A DNA stretch of 64,000 nucleotides from Rhizophagus irregularis (GCF_026210795.1 NC_089432.1:2666001-2730000), one strand, 5' to 3'. Positions 1 through 14,061 are shown, counted from the stretch's first letter. Notes: generated by a model not told the origin, from the letters alone. Made by a program: numbers and translations.

Positions 1-597
1 AATATTGTATTTACAATTTATTAACTTAACAAGTTAATTGTCTATTACTTATTAATCATATTAGCCAAAACTTCAATTACCAGAAACTAAAAAATTTTTA
101 TATTAGTAATCAAACAGTAATCAATGGATTTGCTGATCAACTACTATATGAATATGGAATAGTTCAGGCGCAGACAAATCATATTCATATTCATAAGATC
201 AGCCGCAGTTGTAATATGTCCTGCGGTAAAAAACTTAGTAAGAAAAAAATACATTAAAAAATAAAATTTAGCCGTAGTATAAATCAAATAAAGATACTGT
301 AAGTGACAGTAACATTAGTAATTCACCAATCAACACTTTTAATTATACAATCACGGGACACGTTTCACAATTCAAAGATTATTTATACGGGTAATCTAAA
401 CGTTACTGATCTACACAAATTATTTTTATTATATTAATTAATAATATAGATATAGATATAGATATAGATGAAAAAAAGTAATTTAAACAATTTTAGACTA
501 ATAAATTTACTTAATAACATTAAATGCTAGGTCGGGTCAGTTATTTGACTCGATTCGTATTAAAATCCCATGTCATTTTATGACTTCAAATATATCC

Positions 598-2802
598 TCA
601 AACCCGACCTGACTCGACCCTTTCTGGGATATTAAAAAATGCATAAGATTGACACAAATTATTTCTAATTTTAGTAAGTACATTAAATCGATTTTGAGCA
701 TCTTGATAACCTTGTTTAGCGGATTGTTCATACCAATAAATTGCTTTGTCTATATCTTTTCCGATTCCTTCTCCTTTTTCATGCATCAAAGCAAGATTAT
801 ATTGAGCTATTTTATTCTCTAAACTTGCTGCTTTTCGGTATAATTCAACTGCCTTTTGTATATGAATATTAATGCCAATTCCATTATGATAACAATATCC
901 TAACATCATTATTCCACCTGAGTATATTCCTTCAGCTGATTTTTTGTATAATTCAAAAGCTCTTTGATGATTTTCTTCAACACCATCTCCATTTCTATAG
1001 GAATTCCCAAGATTGCACATAGCTATCAAATGTCCATTAATTGCAGCTTTTTCATACCAATCTGCAGCCATGCTAAAATCTGTACTAACACTTAATCCGT
1101 TTTTATAAAACCAACCTAGTTTAAATTGCCCAATTGCAAAATCTTTATCGGCTAGTTTTTTATAATATTCGAATGCCAATTTATTATTTATTGTAGTTCC
1201 ATTTCCAAATTCATGGCATTCTCCAACAAAATATTGTGCTAATATGTGACCCTTTTCAGAGGCATCAATAAATAAACTAAATGCTTTCTCCTCATCCTCA
1301 GTTATTTCAATTCCATAATAATTAAAATATCCCAGAAAAAAAATGGAATTCGGATTGATTTGATTATTTAATAACCAATTATAAATTTCATATAAATTTG
1401 TATTATAAATATTTATAATCATAAGGACGTATTCTTTTGTTACATTTCCTTTGTTCAGCCCATTAAAAATACGATTAATTATTTCATCAATTATCATATT
1501 TAAATTCTTCTCGTTTTGTTGATAAATATTTACACCATTTGAACATGAAATAAATCCTTTTAGTCTACTAACAACTTCTTTTATAGATGGTCGTTTGTTT
1601 GGTTCACCATTCCAACATTCTAATGATCAAATATATATAATTGATTAATAAATATTAATTAAAAATAGTCAATGCATTCTAATCATACTTACCAGTATAA
1701 AGATTAGAATAATCACTAGGTGTGTTAGAAATAATCTCTTCTCTTTGACCTTGCGAAATTTTATACATTAAGCTAAAATTATAACTCTTCCCATGAAATG
1801 GTGGATACCCACTTGATATTTCCCATAATAGTACACCAATACTATATATATCACTTTTCTCATTTAGGTTTAAATTGTCATCCATTAGTACTTTTGGATC
1901 AATGTAGGGAACCCTACCAAATAATTTTGTTTGTGAATTAGATGCTTCTTCAATCCATTTTGATAATCCAAAATCGGCCAACTTGATGGAATTCTGATGA
2001 ACCAACACATTACAAGAATGCTATTGTATAATATGAAAAATATTATTAAATTAAATAATATGTATTGACATATTATGCTAAAAAAAAATTACCAAATCTC
2101 GGTGAACAATTTTTTCATCATGTAGGCATGATATAGCACAAGCTAATTGATATGCCAATTTATATTTATCATTCCAAGTAAGTTTATTAAAGTTTTTATT
2201 CAAATAGTCACGAAGAGTACCACTGTCTGCGTATTCCATTACCAGTAAATATCCTTTTGTTGGATTAAATATATTTTCTAATAAAAATAATAATTATCAA
2301 ATTTTTGTACAAAAAAACTTATTTCAATCAATTTTGACAGTTACAATTCGTTTTTTAATATACAAAGATTTATATAATCTTACCAATACTTGACCCAAAT
2401 TTTGTAATTCCATAGAAGCGTATAATATTACCATGAAAATCTACACCTCGTTGAAGTGTAAGCTAAATTATATTCATACAATAATAAGAAAAATTAAATC
2501 ATATAAAATGAATACGCGATAAATAAAATAATCATTTTAGGAATATGCGATCAAATTTTTTAATAATAGATTACTTCTTTAACAGTTTCTTTTAAGGTAG
2601 CATCGTTAAGATTTAAAAAAGATTTTAACGCTAAATATTGCTCAAAATTTTTCCAATTTGCTCGGAATACCTTTCCGAATGCTCCAGAACCGATTTCTTG
2701 TATATTGCTAAAGTATTCAAATTCATAATATTTAATATGTTTTTTATTAATAGCATCTTCAATCCAATTAATCCATTCATTTGTTTTTTCGTTGTTCTGC
2801 AT
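598..2802 (-). CDS. Protein kinase (TKL-like) with C-terminal Sel1-like repeats; 5 exons
   Basis: Manually spliced GT-AG exons (~2802-2575, 2463-2384, 2277-2093, 2021-1692, 1619-598) give GSGAFG, ALK, HRDLHSCN, DFG, SDIYSIGVLLWEI and ECWNGEPNKRP, followed by about six Sel1 repeats (AQYNLALMHEKGEG). Confidence 0.9.
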
Positions 2803-2918
2803 TTCTTTATAATCGTTGTTTTAGAAATAGTGAGAAGTCCGAAAACAATTCTATTTATGATTCGTCATATTTATATGCAAAAATAAATTAATTGTTTACA
2901 AATAATGTCACGAGCACT

Positions 2919-3284
2919 CACTGGTGATCTTCCAACAAATCAAATACCGTTGTAACACCAACAATTTTATAATTAAAATTCTATCCCACATGACCGGTAA
3001 CATTTAAGGGGACGTGTAAAAAATAATTTTGGAAAGCAAAAAAAACCAAGTCCCTCAGATAAATATAACGTGATGCCGGTGATGAATATTTTCAGGGGTA
3101 GAAAATTTGTTGGTGATCAACAAATTTTCTTCCCGCGTGACTTCTTATAATTTGTCATCCCGCATCACCCTATTTTTCAACTATTTGTCACATTATCTGT
3201 CACATAGACTAATTTGGCCAAGTGGCGGCCAAAAAATCACGTGGGTAGAAATTTTATTGGTGATATTGGGTAAATTCACTAGTG
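2919..3284. mobile_element. Possible degenerate CACTA-like MITE
   Basis: Starts CACTGGTGA and ends TCACTAGTG, with weak subterminal inverted similarity. Flanks ACT/ACA are an imperfect TSD. Confidence 0.3.
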
Positions 3285-4629
3285 ACACATTGAAATTTTC
3301 AGTGATAAAAAAATCTATCCGTTACGAACTATCTGTTACTGTCCATTTAATGCATAAAGCCGGCCACTTCGCATACCTAAAATGTAATCAAAGGATTATG
3401 GACGTTACATGAAACGGAAACTGTTATGGTGTGAAAATAATTTTTTTCGTTTATTAAAACATCTGAATATTATATTTATCTTTTACTGTATATCTTCTAA
3501 AACTTTCCTGCAAAATTTACTAATAAATAAAAATACCGGTAAGAGATCTAATAAACGTAAACTTTCCGAGTTTTATGTATACGTTGCTAAATTTAAATTT
3601 TTAATTAAATAAACCATTAATTTAATTGTTAGGTAAAATAATTTTTATGGATTAAATATTGAAATAAAAATTTAGAATGATTATATGAACTGATGATAAA
3701 AATATTACTTCTGATATATTTATGAATTATTGAATTACACCGCATTTTGTTAAATGGATAGATATTTTTTTCGCAGGATATGTGAGATTTATATACTAGA
3801 CTATAAAATCCTCAAGAATAATATTCTTGGAAAACTGCTTCGACCCAAAAAATCCATTAATTCAATTGGATAAAGTTAACCTTTAATGAAATAGTAAAAT
3901 AAAAAAGTTTGTATTTTATTTAGATAATATATTATTTGCTGTACACCTTGTATGAAAATCAAATAAATCATACCACAACTGTCATGATTACATGATTATT
4001 TGATAAGGCACAATATGTCTGGATACCAACTAACCTGTTAAAAAATGATATTTAAAAAAAATTAAAAAATAAAGTTTTTGGTTAAATAATTTAAATGTTT
4101 ACAGTATTTATTAAATAATCCACCCAAACAGAAAAATAAAAATTTTATCATTTTTTTCGAGATTTTTATGTTATTTTTTTATTAAGAAAAAAAAATCAAC
4201 TTCTGATGAATATTTTTTTAAAAAAAATCGGGATTTTTTTTTTTTGGAATTAAAATTAAATTACAAATTTATATATTTTATATAATAAAAGTACAAAGTA
4301 ATATAATTCTTTTTTGAGAAAAAAAGATATTTTTTCTTTTTTAAAAAAAAAAATTTCATCAATTGTTTCGAACGGACAACAGAACAATAATATAATTCTG
4401 TTGATCTGGGTCTAACGTACGTTACGGTACACTCGAGTTAAATAGGAATAGATTTGAGAATGGAATTCATGCATGTGTATTGATAATAAAAATTGTAAGA
4501 AATTAAATAAAACAAAAAATTTTATTATTTTCACGTTTATGATTACATTAATTTGGGAATAAAAGATTCTTATTTTATAGAAGAATTAATAAAAAAAATT
4601 TGAAATTCTTTTTGATATGATGGATGATT

Positions 4630-4845
4630 TTAGTCCAAAAAAATTCTGTTGGCGTCCTTGTCCCTTCTGTAAATGATCCATGGATTTTGGCGTCTTGGCG
4701 CTTTTTTTATTCCTTTTTTTCTGTTCCTCTTTGCTCTTCGAGTAGTTTCAGAGTTTCGTACTAAAATTTCAGGAGGTAAAGTGAATTTATAACGTGTATT
4801 TTCCAAGATTTCGGTGGTAGTTTTGCCAAAGTCAAAGAACGTCAC
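4630..4845 (-). pseudogene. MATA-HMG box transcription factor fragment
   Basis: KAPRRQNPWIIYRRDK matches the start of a MATA-HMG box (PRP-N-F/WI-YR). The ORF stops a few codons later. Confidence 0.65.
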
Positions 4846-5024
4846 TTTGCTTGGGTCTTTAATATATTAATATTGAGGCCAGTTATTATATTCTATAAGG
4901 TTATAATTATTACATTATAAAAAGTTAAGCATTATTATTACGTGCATTTTTTGAGTAATTTACCAAAATTAGGTGTAGTGTAAAATGATATAAATAAAAT
5001 ATAATATTTTTTTTAGACAATTAT

Positions 5025-7317
5025 TTATGAATTATCTTTAAGCTCTCTTAGTACTTTTAATTTATTTTGAGCCTTTTTAAATCTTTGTTTAGCAGATTGT
5101 TTATAAAAATAAATTGCTTGATTTATATCTTTTTCAATTCCTTCTCCATTTTCATACATCAAAGCAAGATTATATTGAGCTATCTTATGTCCCATATTTG
5201 CCGCTTTTTGGTATAATTCAACTGCTTTTTGTTTATCAATATTAATTCCTATACCATTACTATAACAATAAGCTAACATCATTATACCATCTAAATATTC
5301 TCCTTCAGCTGATTTTTTATATAATTCAAAAGCTTTTTTATGATCTTCTTCAACACCATCTCCTTTCTTATATAAAAGGCCAAGATTTTGCATAGCAATG
5401 AAATGTCCATTATTTGCAGCTTTTTCATACCAATATGCAGCTAATTTATAATCTTTTTTAACATTTTTTCCTTTATTATAAAACCAACCTAATTTAAATT
5501 GTCCAATTGAATAATCTTTATTGGCTACTTTTTCATAATATTCAAAAGCTAATTCATCATTTTTTATAATTCCACTTCCATATTCATAACATTCTCCAAT
5601 ACAATATTGTGCTAATATATGATCATCTTCTGATGCATTAATAAATAAATCAAATGCTTTAATTTCATTCTCATTTGTTACAATTCCATAGAAATTAAAA
5701 TATCCAAGTAAAAAAATTGAATTTGGATTATTATTTTGATTATTTAATAACCACTTATAAATTTCTTTTGATTTAATATTATTATTTTTAAGATGATCAA
5801 GAACATAATTTTTTGTTGCATCTCCTTTTTTTAATTTTTCAAGGATGAGATCATTTATTTCATTAATAATCATAATTAAATCCTTTTCGGATAAAATATT
5901 CTCATTAATTTTATTTGTTGATGTCATATTATTTATTTCATCTGAATTTTTATTATCGAAATCATGAATCATTTGTGATAAATCCTCATGTAATGAATTT
6001 TCCAAACTATCTGGGGTTAAATATTCATATCTTCTACGTTTTGAACGGGGAGTAAAATTTTTTAGTCTATCAACAACTTCATGTATAGTCGGTCGATTAT
6101 TTAGCTCACCATTCCAACACTCTAATAAACAGAAATATATATTTAACTAATAAATCTTAAATGAATAAAATAAAAAATAACACTTACCAGTATAGAGATT
6201 AGAATAATCATCAGGAGTACCAGAAATAATCTCTTCTCTTCGACCTTGTGAAATTTTATACATTAAACTAAAATCATAATTCTCTTCATGAAATGGCGGT
6301 TTCCCGCTTGATATTTCCCATAACAGAACACCAATGCTGTATATATCACTTTTCTCATTTGATTTTAAATTGTTATCCGTCAATACTTTTGGATCAATAT
6401 AGGAAACCATTCCAAGTAATTTTGTTTGTGATTTAGATGCTTCACCAATCCTTTTTGATAAGCAAAAATCCGCCAACTTAATGGAATCTTGATGAACCAA
6501 TACATTACAAGAATGCTATTATAATATTCAAATAATAAAAATAAATTAATAATTATTGAAATCAATATATTTTTTTTTAATCTTAATACTGAAAAATAAA
6601 ATACCAAGTCCCGATGAATAATTCCTTCTTCATGTAGACATAATATAGAACGAGCCAATTGAGATGCCAAATTGTATTTATCATTCCAAGTAAGTCTATG
6701 GAAGTTATTCTTCAAATAGTCACGAAGCGTACCACCATCAGCGTATTCCATTACCAATAAATAATCTTTTGTTGGATTAAATATATTTTCTAATAGAAAT
6801 AGTTATTAATAATTATTTCATAAAAAAAGATTTATTTCGTTCAATTTTGGTTGTTGCAATCGTTATGTGATATTACCTGACGCATGTTTTGTAATTCCAT
6901 AAAAGCGAATTATATTATTATGAAAATCTACATCACGTTGAAGGTTAATCTAAATCATGAACATATTTTAATTAAAATAAATTTGAAGAAAAAAAAATTA
7001 AAAAAAAATATGAATATAAAGAGTACATAAAATAAATATTTTTAAAATATTGTATCCAATAGAATCTTTTTATTAAATAATAAAATTACCTCATTAACAA
7101 TTTCTTTTAAGGTAATTTTGTTAAGATCATAAAAAGATTTTAACGCTAAATAATGATCAAAACTTTTCCAATTTGCACGAAACACCTTTCCGAATGCTCC
7201 GGAACCAATTTCTTGAATATTTTTAAAATTTTCATATTCATAATTTTTAATATGTTTTTTATCGATAGCTTCTTCAATCCAATTAATCCATTCATTTGTT
7301 TTTTCACTATTCTGCAT
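5025..7317 (-). CDS. Protein kinase + Sel1-like repeats, tandem paralog of 598-2802; DFG changed to DFC
   Basis: Same 5-exon layout and intron positions as 598-2802. Motifs GSGAFG, HRDLHSCN, KLADFCLSK, SDIYSIG. Sel1 repeats lie in 5025-6005. Confidence 0.9.
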
Positions 7318-9059
7318 TTTATTATATTATTATTGTTATTATAGGTATTATAGGCGTAGTGGGTATAAGCAATAAAATTTTTGATGTAACCGTCAAAGAA
7401 AAAAATATTCTATTTATGGACTTGTAATGAATGAAACAAGTGAAACGTTTTACTGAATACCGAGTGATCAGCCGACCATTAACATCATAGTAAATACATA
7501 GCTAATGATTTTCACGACTGCGCCGTGAAAATCATGATATTTGTGTGACATGTGAATTGTGAAATAACTCTCTGAGACTAACGTCCAGTGATGGGAAAAA
7601 GTGGACTAAAAAGTGGGAAAACAATAAATAAACTATAAAAACACATGAGCATGAAATATTGAAATATAATCAGAAAAATTATAGGCATGAATATATCATC
7701 AAAAAAATCACTGGATAAAATAATTAAGCATTTATTTGGTTAAACAGAATTATCGGAAAAACCGAAGTGATTATTTTGGTAAATTAAGAAATTTCATAAA
7801 TTTATTTTGTTGTATTTTTTTTTTTTAATTAATATTGTGATAAATTTTTACATAGAGATTTATATTTTTTGAATAATTATAATTAAAATTAAAAATCACT
7901 GAATTTAATTCTTTTTTACTTTATTTATTTGTTTATGCGGGCTATGTTTAATTTTTTTATAAATTATTCATAATTTTTTAATAAAATCCTTACGTGCTCG
8001 ATTCTATAGTCTATACTATGCATTTTGAATATCACATGATCGGCAATCATTTTTTGTGCATCATGGGCATCAATTTCAATAAATTAAATGAAAAAATGAA
8101 AAAAAATATTTTTATTTAATAGAATTTTTTCAAAAATAATTAATTTTTAATTAAAAAAAATGATGTACACGAAAATTAAATGAAAATAATATGAAAATTG
8201 TTGAAATTAATTATAGTATACTACTTTAACGAATAAATTTTAATAATATTTTGCGTCGTCAAAGAACATGTTGCAATTACTGTATTAATATTTTGGTTTC
8301 AAAATATAGAATTATTCACTAATAAAAGTTTTACATTCATAACATAAGTTATTTACTACCAGATTATCATAAGATTTGCCCAAATGTTACAGAAACCTTC
8401 AAAGACAAAGTAACTTTTAAGAAAAGAAATGTAAAATTTGATTGAGCTAAAAGATATCCTTAATAATTTATAATTACCTAATTTGCTATTTGTTATTTAA
8501 GAATTACTGTAATAAAATCATTTATAAAAGAAATAAATAAAAAATGGTGGAAAACTGGAAATTGATCAATTCATCATAATACAGTATTATTAACAAATAA
8601 TATGATTTAACAAACTAGTGTTATTTGAATAATTTAATGAAGTACAAAAAAAATCATTACCATAATTAGTATATTATTAGAGGATTGATAGGCGAAGTTT
8701 GCTATATTTAATTTGATTACGCTTAGATAACGCTATTTACTTTATTGCCTTTATTAAATAAAAAGTTATTATAATATACAATACATAAAACTTTGTATTT
8801 TACTAAAAAAACCGACTGCTCCAATTTAAATATTAACTATCGTTGATAGTCATTAGCTGTTTTCCAAGTTTTATTATGGTCAGAAAAAGATTTGGAGCAG
8901 TTTGATTACCGGCCCCAGTAAATTTATTTTAATGATATATTATTAATGGAATAATTACAAACGTAATTAATTCCACTTCAACATTGGGTCAATAAAGTAT
9001 ATATCTAAATACAAAATTTGATAAAAACTTGATTAAATTTTGATCTCCTTTATTATAGT

Positions 9060-10090
9060 ATTAAAATTACTCTATTTACTCGCTATCACTTCTTCCCTTT
9101 CTCCCTGACCGTTTATAATACGTTTATTATAGACCCTTCTGTTAACCCTATTGCTAAAAACCTCGTTTAATTTGTTAAATTCTTCAACTTTATTATTCCT
9201 GTTTAACGTCAAACCCGTTAGACCATCCGTCGCTTCGTAAACTTGTTCCTCTTCCGACAGAATGTCAACACTTTTGTTTGACGTCTTATGCGACGTCCTC
9301 AGAAAAGTTCGTTTTTTGAAATTACCGTTACTATTTATTAATTTGTCTTGTCATTTGACTTGAAATCCTGTACCTAAATCATCTTCCATCACAGATTTAT
9401 ATATGGTAATGATTTTACCATCTGTTTCTTCGTTATTATTCTTCAGTTTCTTAAATGCTTGCCAGCAAAACTTCGAACTTATTTCACGTGCCGTCAAACC
9501 AAACATTCTAAAAAAATATTCCTGATCATTTTTACTAATTATAATGTTAGAGCCTCCTCGCGTAAATAATTGTTCGTAGGCTTTAGTAAACTAATTTTTG
9601 CTTTGATCGTTTTATATTTATGGCTATGTTTGACTTTAAATTGTAATGTTCATAAATTTTTTTTCAAAACCAATAAAATGTGATCTCACGTGATTTTTCC
9701 ATTTGTGTATCCTAATTTTTCCGATTTTTACACCTCCAGCGTGAAGAATCGGTAACTCGTGTCATACTCCCTCTTCTATGCTAGATCTTTCATTTTTCCC
9801 GAAATTATTCTAACTACTTCTTTTTCTAATTTAATTCGTTCTTTTACCGTATACCGTTACATCAACTTCTAATTCTCTAACACGATTTTCCAAATTTGTA
9901 ATTATTTCCTTATATTTATCCATTTCCTCATTTTTGCTCAGTATTATTCGTTCCTTGTTGATTACCTCATTTTCCAAATTATGAACATTCTCTTCCAGCT
10001 CACGTGATATAGAGTCGTTACTGAGCTGAAAATTTTGTTTGAGAAAGTTCGTAAAATTTTTCTTGAAGACTTCGCCACTCCATTTTAATA
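9060..10090 (-). pseudogene. Decayed coding sequence of unknown family, with a coiled-coil-like segment
   Basis: Minus-strand translation gives protein-like stretches (SRELEENVHNLENEVINKERIILSKNEEMDKYKEIITNLENRVRELE; FGLTAREISSKFCWQAFKK) broken by stops. Confidence 0.4.
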
Positions 10091-11080
10091 TAAAGGTTCC
10101 AACTTAATATGCGTCTAAAGGACGTTCAACTCCTGGCGAGAAAATTTCTGGCGGTATATTCTTTCACAGTCTGCTTTTCGTATATGTTTCTTAAAACTTT
10201 ACTTCTAACCCCCTAAAACCCCTATAAACTCGTTCAAGAATTTGTAATTATTTCTTTCTGCATTGAAACTATGTTTTGTGACATTTTTGTATATAGTTTT
10301 GATTGATATTTCTTCCGTAAAATTTTTGTTTCAGAAGATCAGCAGAAAGAGTGTTTGAGTATTATTTTATGATAAATTAAAGTGCACAATAATTAAAGTA
10401 ATTTAAGGTAAATGTCTTATATAATAAAGGGTTTCGAAGAAAATAAGTTAATAAGATAAGCCTAGAAGATTTTCTAATAAAATTATGATAATGTATATAT
10501 ATATATAATTTATTTATCAACTCAATCTTTTCATAGATTCAAAAAGTAAATTTATTTATTATGCCCATTTAATTATCCGAATTTTCTTTCAGTCTTTCAT
10601 TTTATTTGTTTGATTTTGTTACATTGAAACCATTATTTGGATTCAATACAATAGTTGTATTTATATTAAAGCTAATATGTATGTGACACTAGACGATGTA
10701 ATTAATACCTTGTAGGACAAATTAAGCCAAATTATTCTATCTCATTCAAGGTCTCCTTCCATGCCTCAGCATGTGCTAAAACAATTTCAAAGCGAAAAAG
10801 AAGAAAAATAAAGTATAAGAATACAACAAGACAAACTATCACCATATATTGAAAAACAAATCGTCTCACACAGTTCCTCATAAGTGGTAATAGAGCTACT
10901 CTTGATCTTACTCTTTGTGATACTTTTGTGATTGTCATTGAATTTTATATTAGGCTTTTCAGTGAAATTATCTATAATTGTTTGAATTTCTTTATTAGTA
11001 AACTTTGTTATTTCATTCGCACTGTATGAGTTAATATATTGATTTTATCAATCCTACCCTTTTAAATAGTTTGTAGAGCT

Positions 11081-11830
11081 TTACAGCCCTTTTTTACGCA
11101 AACTATCTCTTGAAGTGATGATCCTGTATCTTAACATCTCGACGAAGTTCCCCATTGTCTTCCAAATTACTTTAGTAAGGGCGATGTGATAGTCAGCTTT
11201 TGTGCAATAAATCCTTTCCGTGAGGAAATGCCAGTCCGTGGCTAAAATATATGGCATCCACCCATCAGAGTTAGCAAAATTTTTATGAACATAAAAAAAG
11301 CGAAGTAAAATCTCACCTGTAGTAACGATCTCATAGAGGTAGTCGAACTCATCATTGAAAGCTTCAGATGCCTTCCTTTTTCTCACGTTCGTTTGGTAGG
11401 AGCTTTCGAGTTGCATAAGTTCCATGAAACCCGCCACAAAATCCTTTTGTTTTCCCTCTGTTACGGATATCAGCTCCTCATTAACAACAAAGTCTATTAA
11501 TTTTTGATTACGTAATCAACTACACCAACAACTTCTCCTTACTTTTTGACATATTTGTTTGTGATAAATTTTCTCTTCCTCCGTTTATTATCCTTTCATT
11601 AATTATTTCTCCTGGTTGTTCTGATTCTTTTGTCATTATCATAATATGATTTCTGAATCTCTGCTCAGACATCTTGAGGAGCGCAAGATCATCATCCTCT
11701 TTTCATTTTCTAAAATTTCTCATTAAGCCCTAAGTCTTGTTCCTGGAAAAGACAAAGTTCAGCCGTATTACATTTTTAGCTTACCTGAGTGGCTCGTTTC
11801 CAATTGCTGTAATGGAGGATGCAGTTTCAG
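11081..11830 (-). pseudogene. Crinkler (CRN)-like family C-terminal domain pseudogene
   Basis: MQLESSYQTNVRKRKASEAFNDEFDYLYEIVTT / ATDWHFL / IYCTKADYHIALTK resembles the widespread Glomeromycota CRN-like C-terminal domain (recalled, not searched). Upstream part is frameshifted. Confidence 0.65.
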
Positions 11831-12813
11831 ACATAGTATTACATTTTTTTTTATAGCTTCAGTGCGAAAATTATTAATCACAAATATTACATCAGAAATT
11901 CATAAATCTTCGGAAGTTAATAAAATTTCAACTTTGCTATATAAATTTAATTTCTTCATTTTGTATCCTTGTGTCTATAATTTATAACGAAAAAATTAGA
12001 AAAATCATTAAATAAATTAAATAAATTAAATAAATAAATATTTATTGATATTAACTTAAATTGTTACTTACACGAAAGGAAAATGCGAAGGGTAATTGCT
12101 TTTACTTGAAATTAAAAAAAAAAGTGAAAAAAAGCTGATTACGACGGGATTGAAGTACACAAAATCACAAAGTATTGATAAATTCATAATGCTTGTTTAT
12201 TGATATTCGAGTTTTTTTCATTTTAGCAGTTCGATTTGATATTGGGTATTCGTGGAAGGGAAATTGAATTACCAAAATACTGTGTTCTATTATCATTTAG
12301 TATGTGTAAATAACATTTCAACATTAAGGAATTGATACCCTAACCCTTAGGTCTAAGAATTTTTTTAAAGCTAATCGTACGTAAGACTTTTAACAGCCTT
12401 GATAACTCGAGAGATCACAAAAATCATTCATATTGAGTGAAATATTTTGGACTATGACAACCCACTAATGCAAAGTATTTAATAAAGCAAGTACTTAACT
12501 AATATTGACCAACGTGATCAACATTTGTGTAATGCGCGTAATGATTAATTGATTATAACGCGTAAACAATTTTACATCATATAATATGACTCATATGACT
12601 CACAGTATATATTTTAATGATTTTCCCATGAGAAATAAAATCACTTTTTCTTTTCTCTCCGTCTCCAAATTTTTTTTTCCTTTTGATATTATTTCTCAAA
12701 CTTATATTTAATATACAAGATTTTTATTCTTATTCATTTTTGTAAAAAAAGCCTTGGAAGACTATTACTTAACAACAAACAATGAAGATAAATATTCTTG
12801 GACTTTTTATTAT

Positions 12814-14061
12814 TTTGGTAAGTGAAAATGACTAAGCTGGGATGTATAAGGGAGTTGTGCACCTAGAGTGCTTTGGTTATCCTCCTCTTCTAGAAGTCTG
12901 GTTACCTTAATGAGAAAAATAATGGAAAAATAATAATATCTCAAGCTATGTCGCAGACTTCTGTATGTGGGGCCCTTCCCTTTGGTGGTGGGTCTCATGT
13001 CTTATTATCAACGTGACAGTACCTCTGCGCGAGTTTGATCACTCACGATATATCGTTAATGTCAGTTGATAGTAGGCATGGGGGCTTGAATCTGTCTTTT
13101 CTACAAAGCTTACTTAGAGTACTCGAGTCTTCTAACATATTTTTACCATATGTTATATTTTTTAGATTCCATGATTTACATAAAGTTTTAACCTTCAAAC
13201 CTTGGAAATTTATATTTGGTCAACGGAAATTAGCAGTGATAATTTATTGATTTTTACTAATTTGGTAAGTGGAAATGACTAAGCTGGGATGTATAAGGGA
13301 GTTGTGCGCCTAGAGTGCTTTGGTTATCCTCCTCTTCTAGAAGTCTGGTTACCTTAATGAGAAAAATAATGGAAAAATAATAATATCTCAAGCTATGTCG
13401 CAGACTTCTGTATGTGGGGCCCTTCCCTTTGGTGGTGGGTCTCATGTCTTATTATCAATGTGACAGTACCTCTGCACGAGTTTGATCACTCACGATATAT
13501 CGTTAATGTCAGTTGATAGTAGGCATGGGGGCTTGAATCTGTCTTTTCTACAAAGCTTACTTAGAGTACTCGAGTCTTCTAACACATTTTTACCATATGT
13601 TATATTTTTTAGATTCCATGATTTACATAAAGTTTTAACCTTCAAACCTTGGAAATTTATATTTGGTCAACGGAAATTAGCAGTGATAATTTATTGATTT
13701 TTACTAATTTGGTAAGTGGAAATGACTAAGCTGGGATGTATAAGGGAGTTGTGCGCCTAGAGTGCTTTGGTTATCCTCCTCTTCTAGAAGTCTGGTTACC
13801 TTAATGAGAAAAATAATGGAAAAATAATAATATCTCAAGCTATGTCGCAGACTTCTGTATGTGGGGCCCTTCCCTTTGGTGGTGGGTCTCATGTCTTATT
13901 ATCAACGTGACAGTACCTCTGCACGAGTTTGATCACTCACGATATATCGTTAATGTCAGTTGATAGTAGGCATGGGGGCTTGAATCTGTCTTTTCTACAA
14001 AGCTTACTTAGAGTACTCGAGTCTTCTAACATATTTTTTTACCATTTAATCTATTTTTTAG
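12814..14061 (+). repeat. 447-bp tandem repeat, ~2.8 near-identical copies; unit = 348-nt GT-AG intron-like segment + 99-nt exon-like segment
   Basis: GTAAGT at 12818, 13265 and 13712. Branch-point-like CTAAC, a T-rich tract and TAG end at 13165, 13612 and 14061. Confidence 0.92.

Noticed and set aside
12337..12347. ACCCTAACCCT, resembling a telomerase RNA template or telomeric repeat
   Set aside because: Only 11 nt, with no recognisable pseudoknot or other telomerase RNA element. Compatible with chance.
12892..12962. GAAGTCTG/CAGACT resembling the RNase P P4 helix (CR-I/CR-V)
   Set aside because: The two strands are only ~55 nt apart and CR-V is not near the 3' end. A simple local hairpin explains it.
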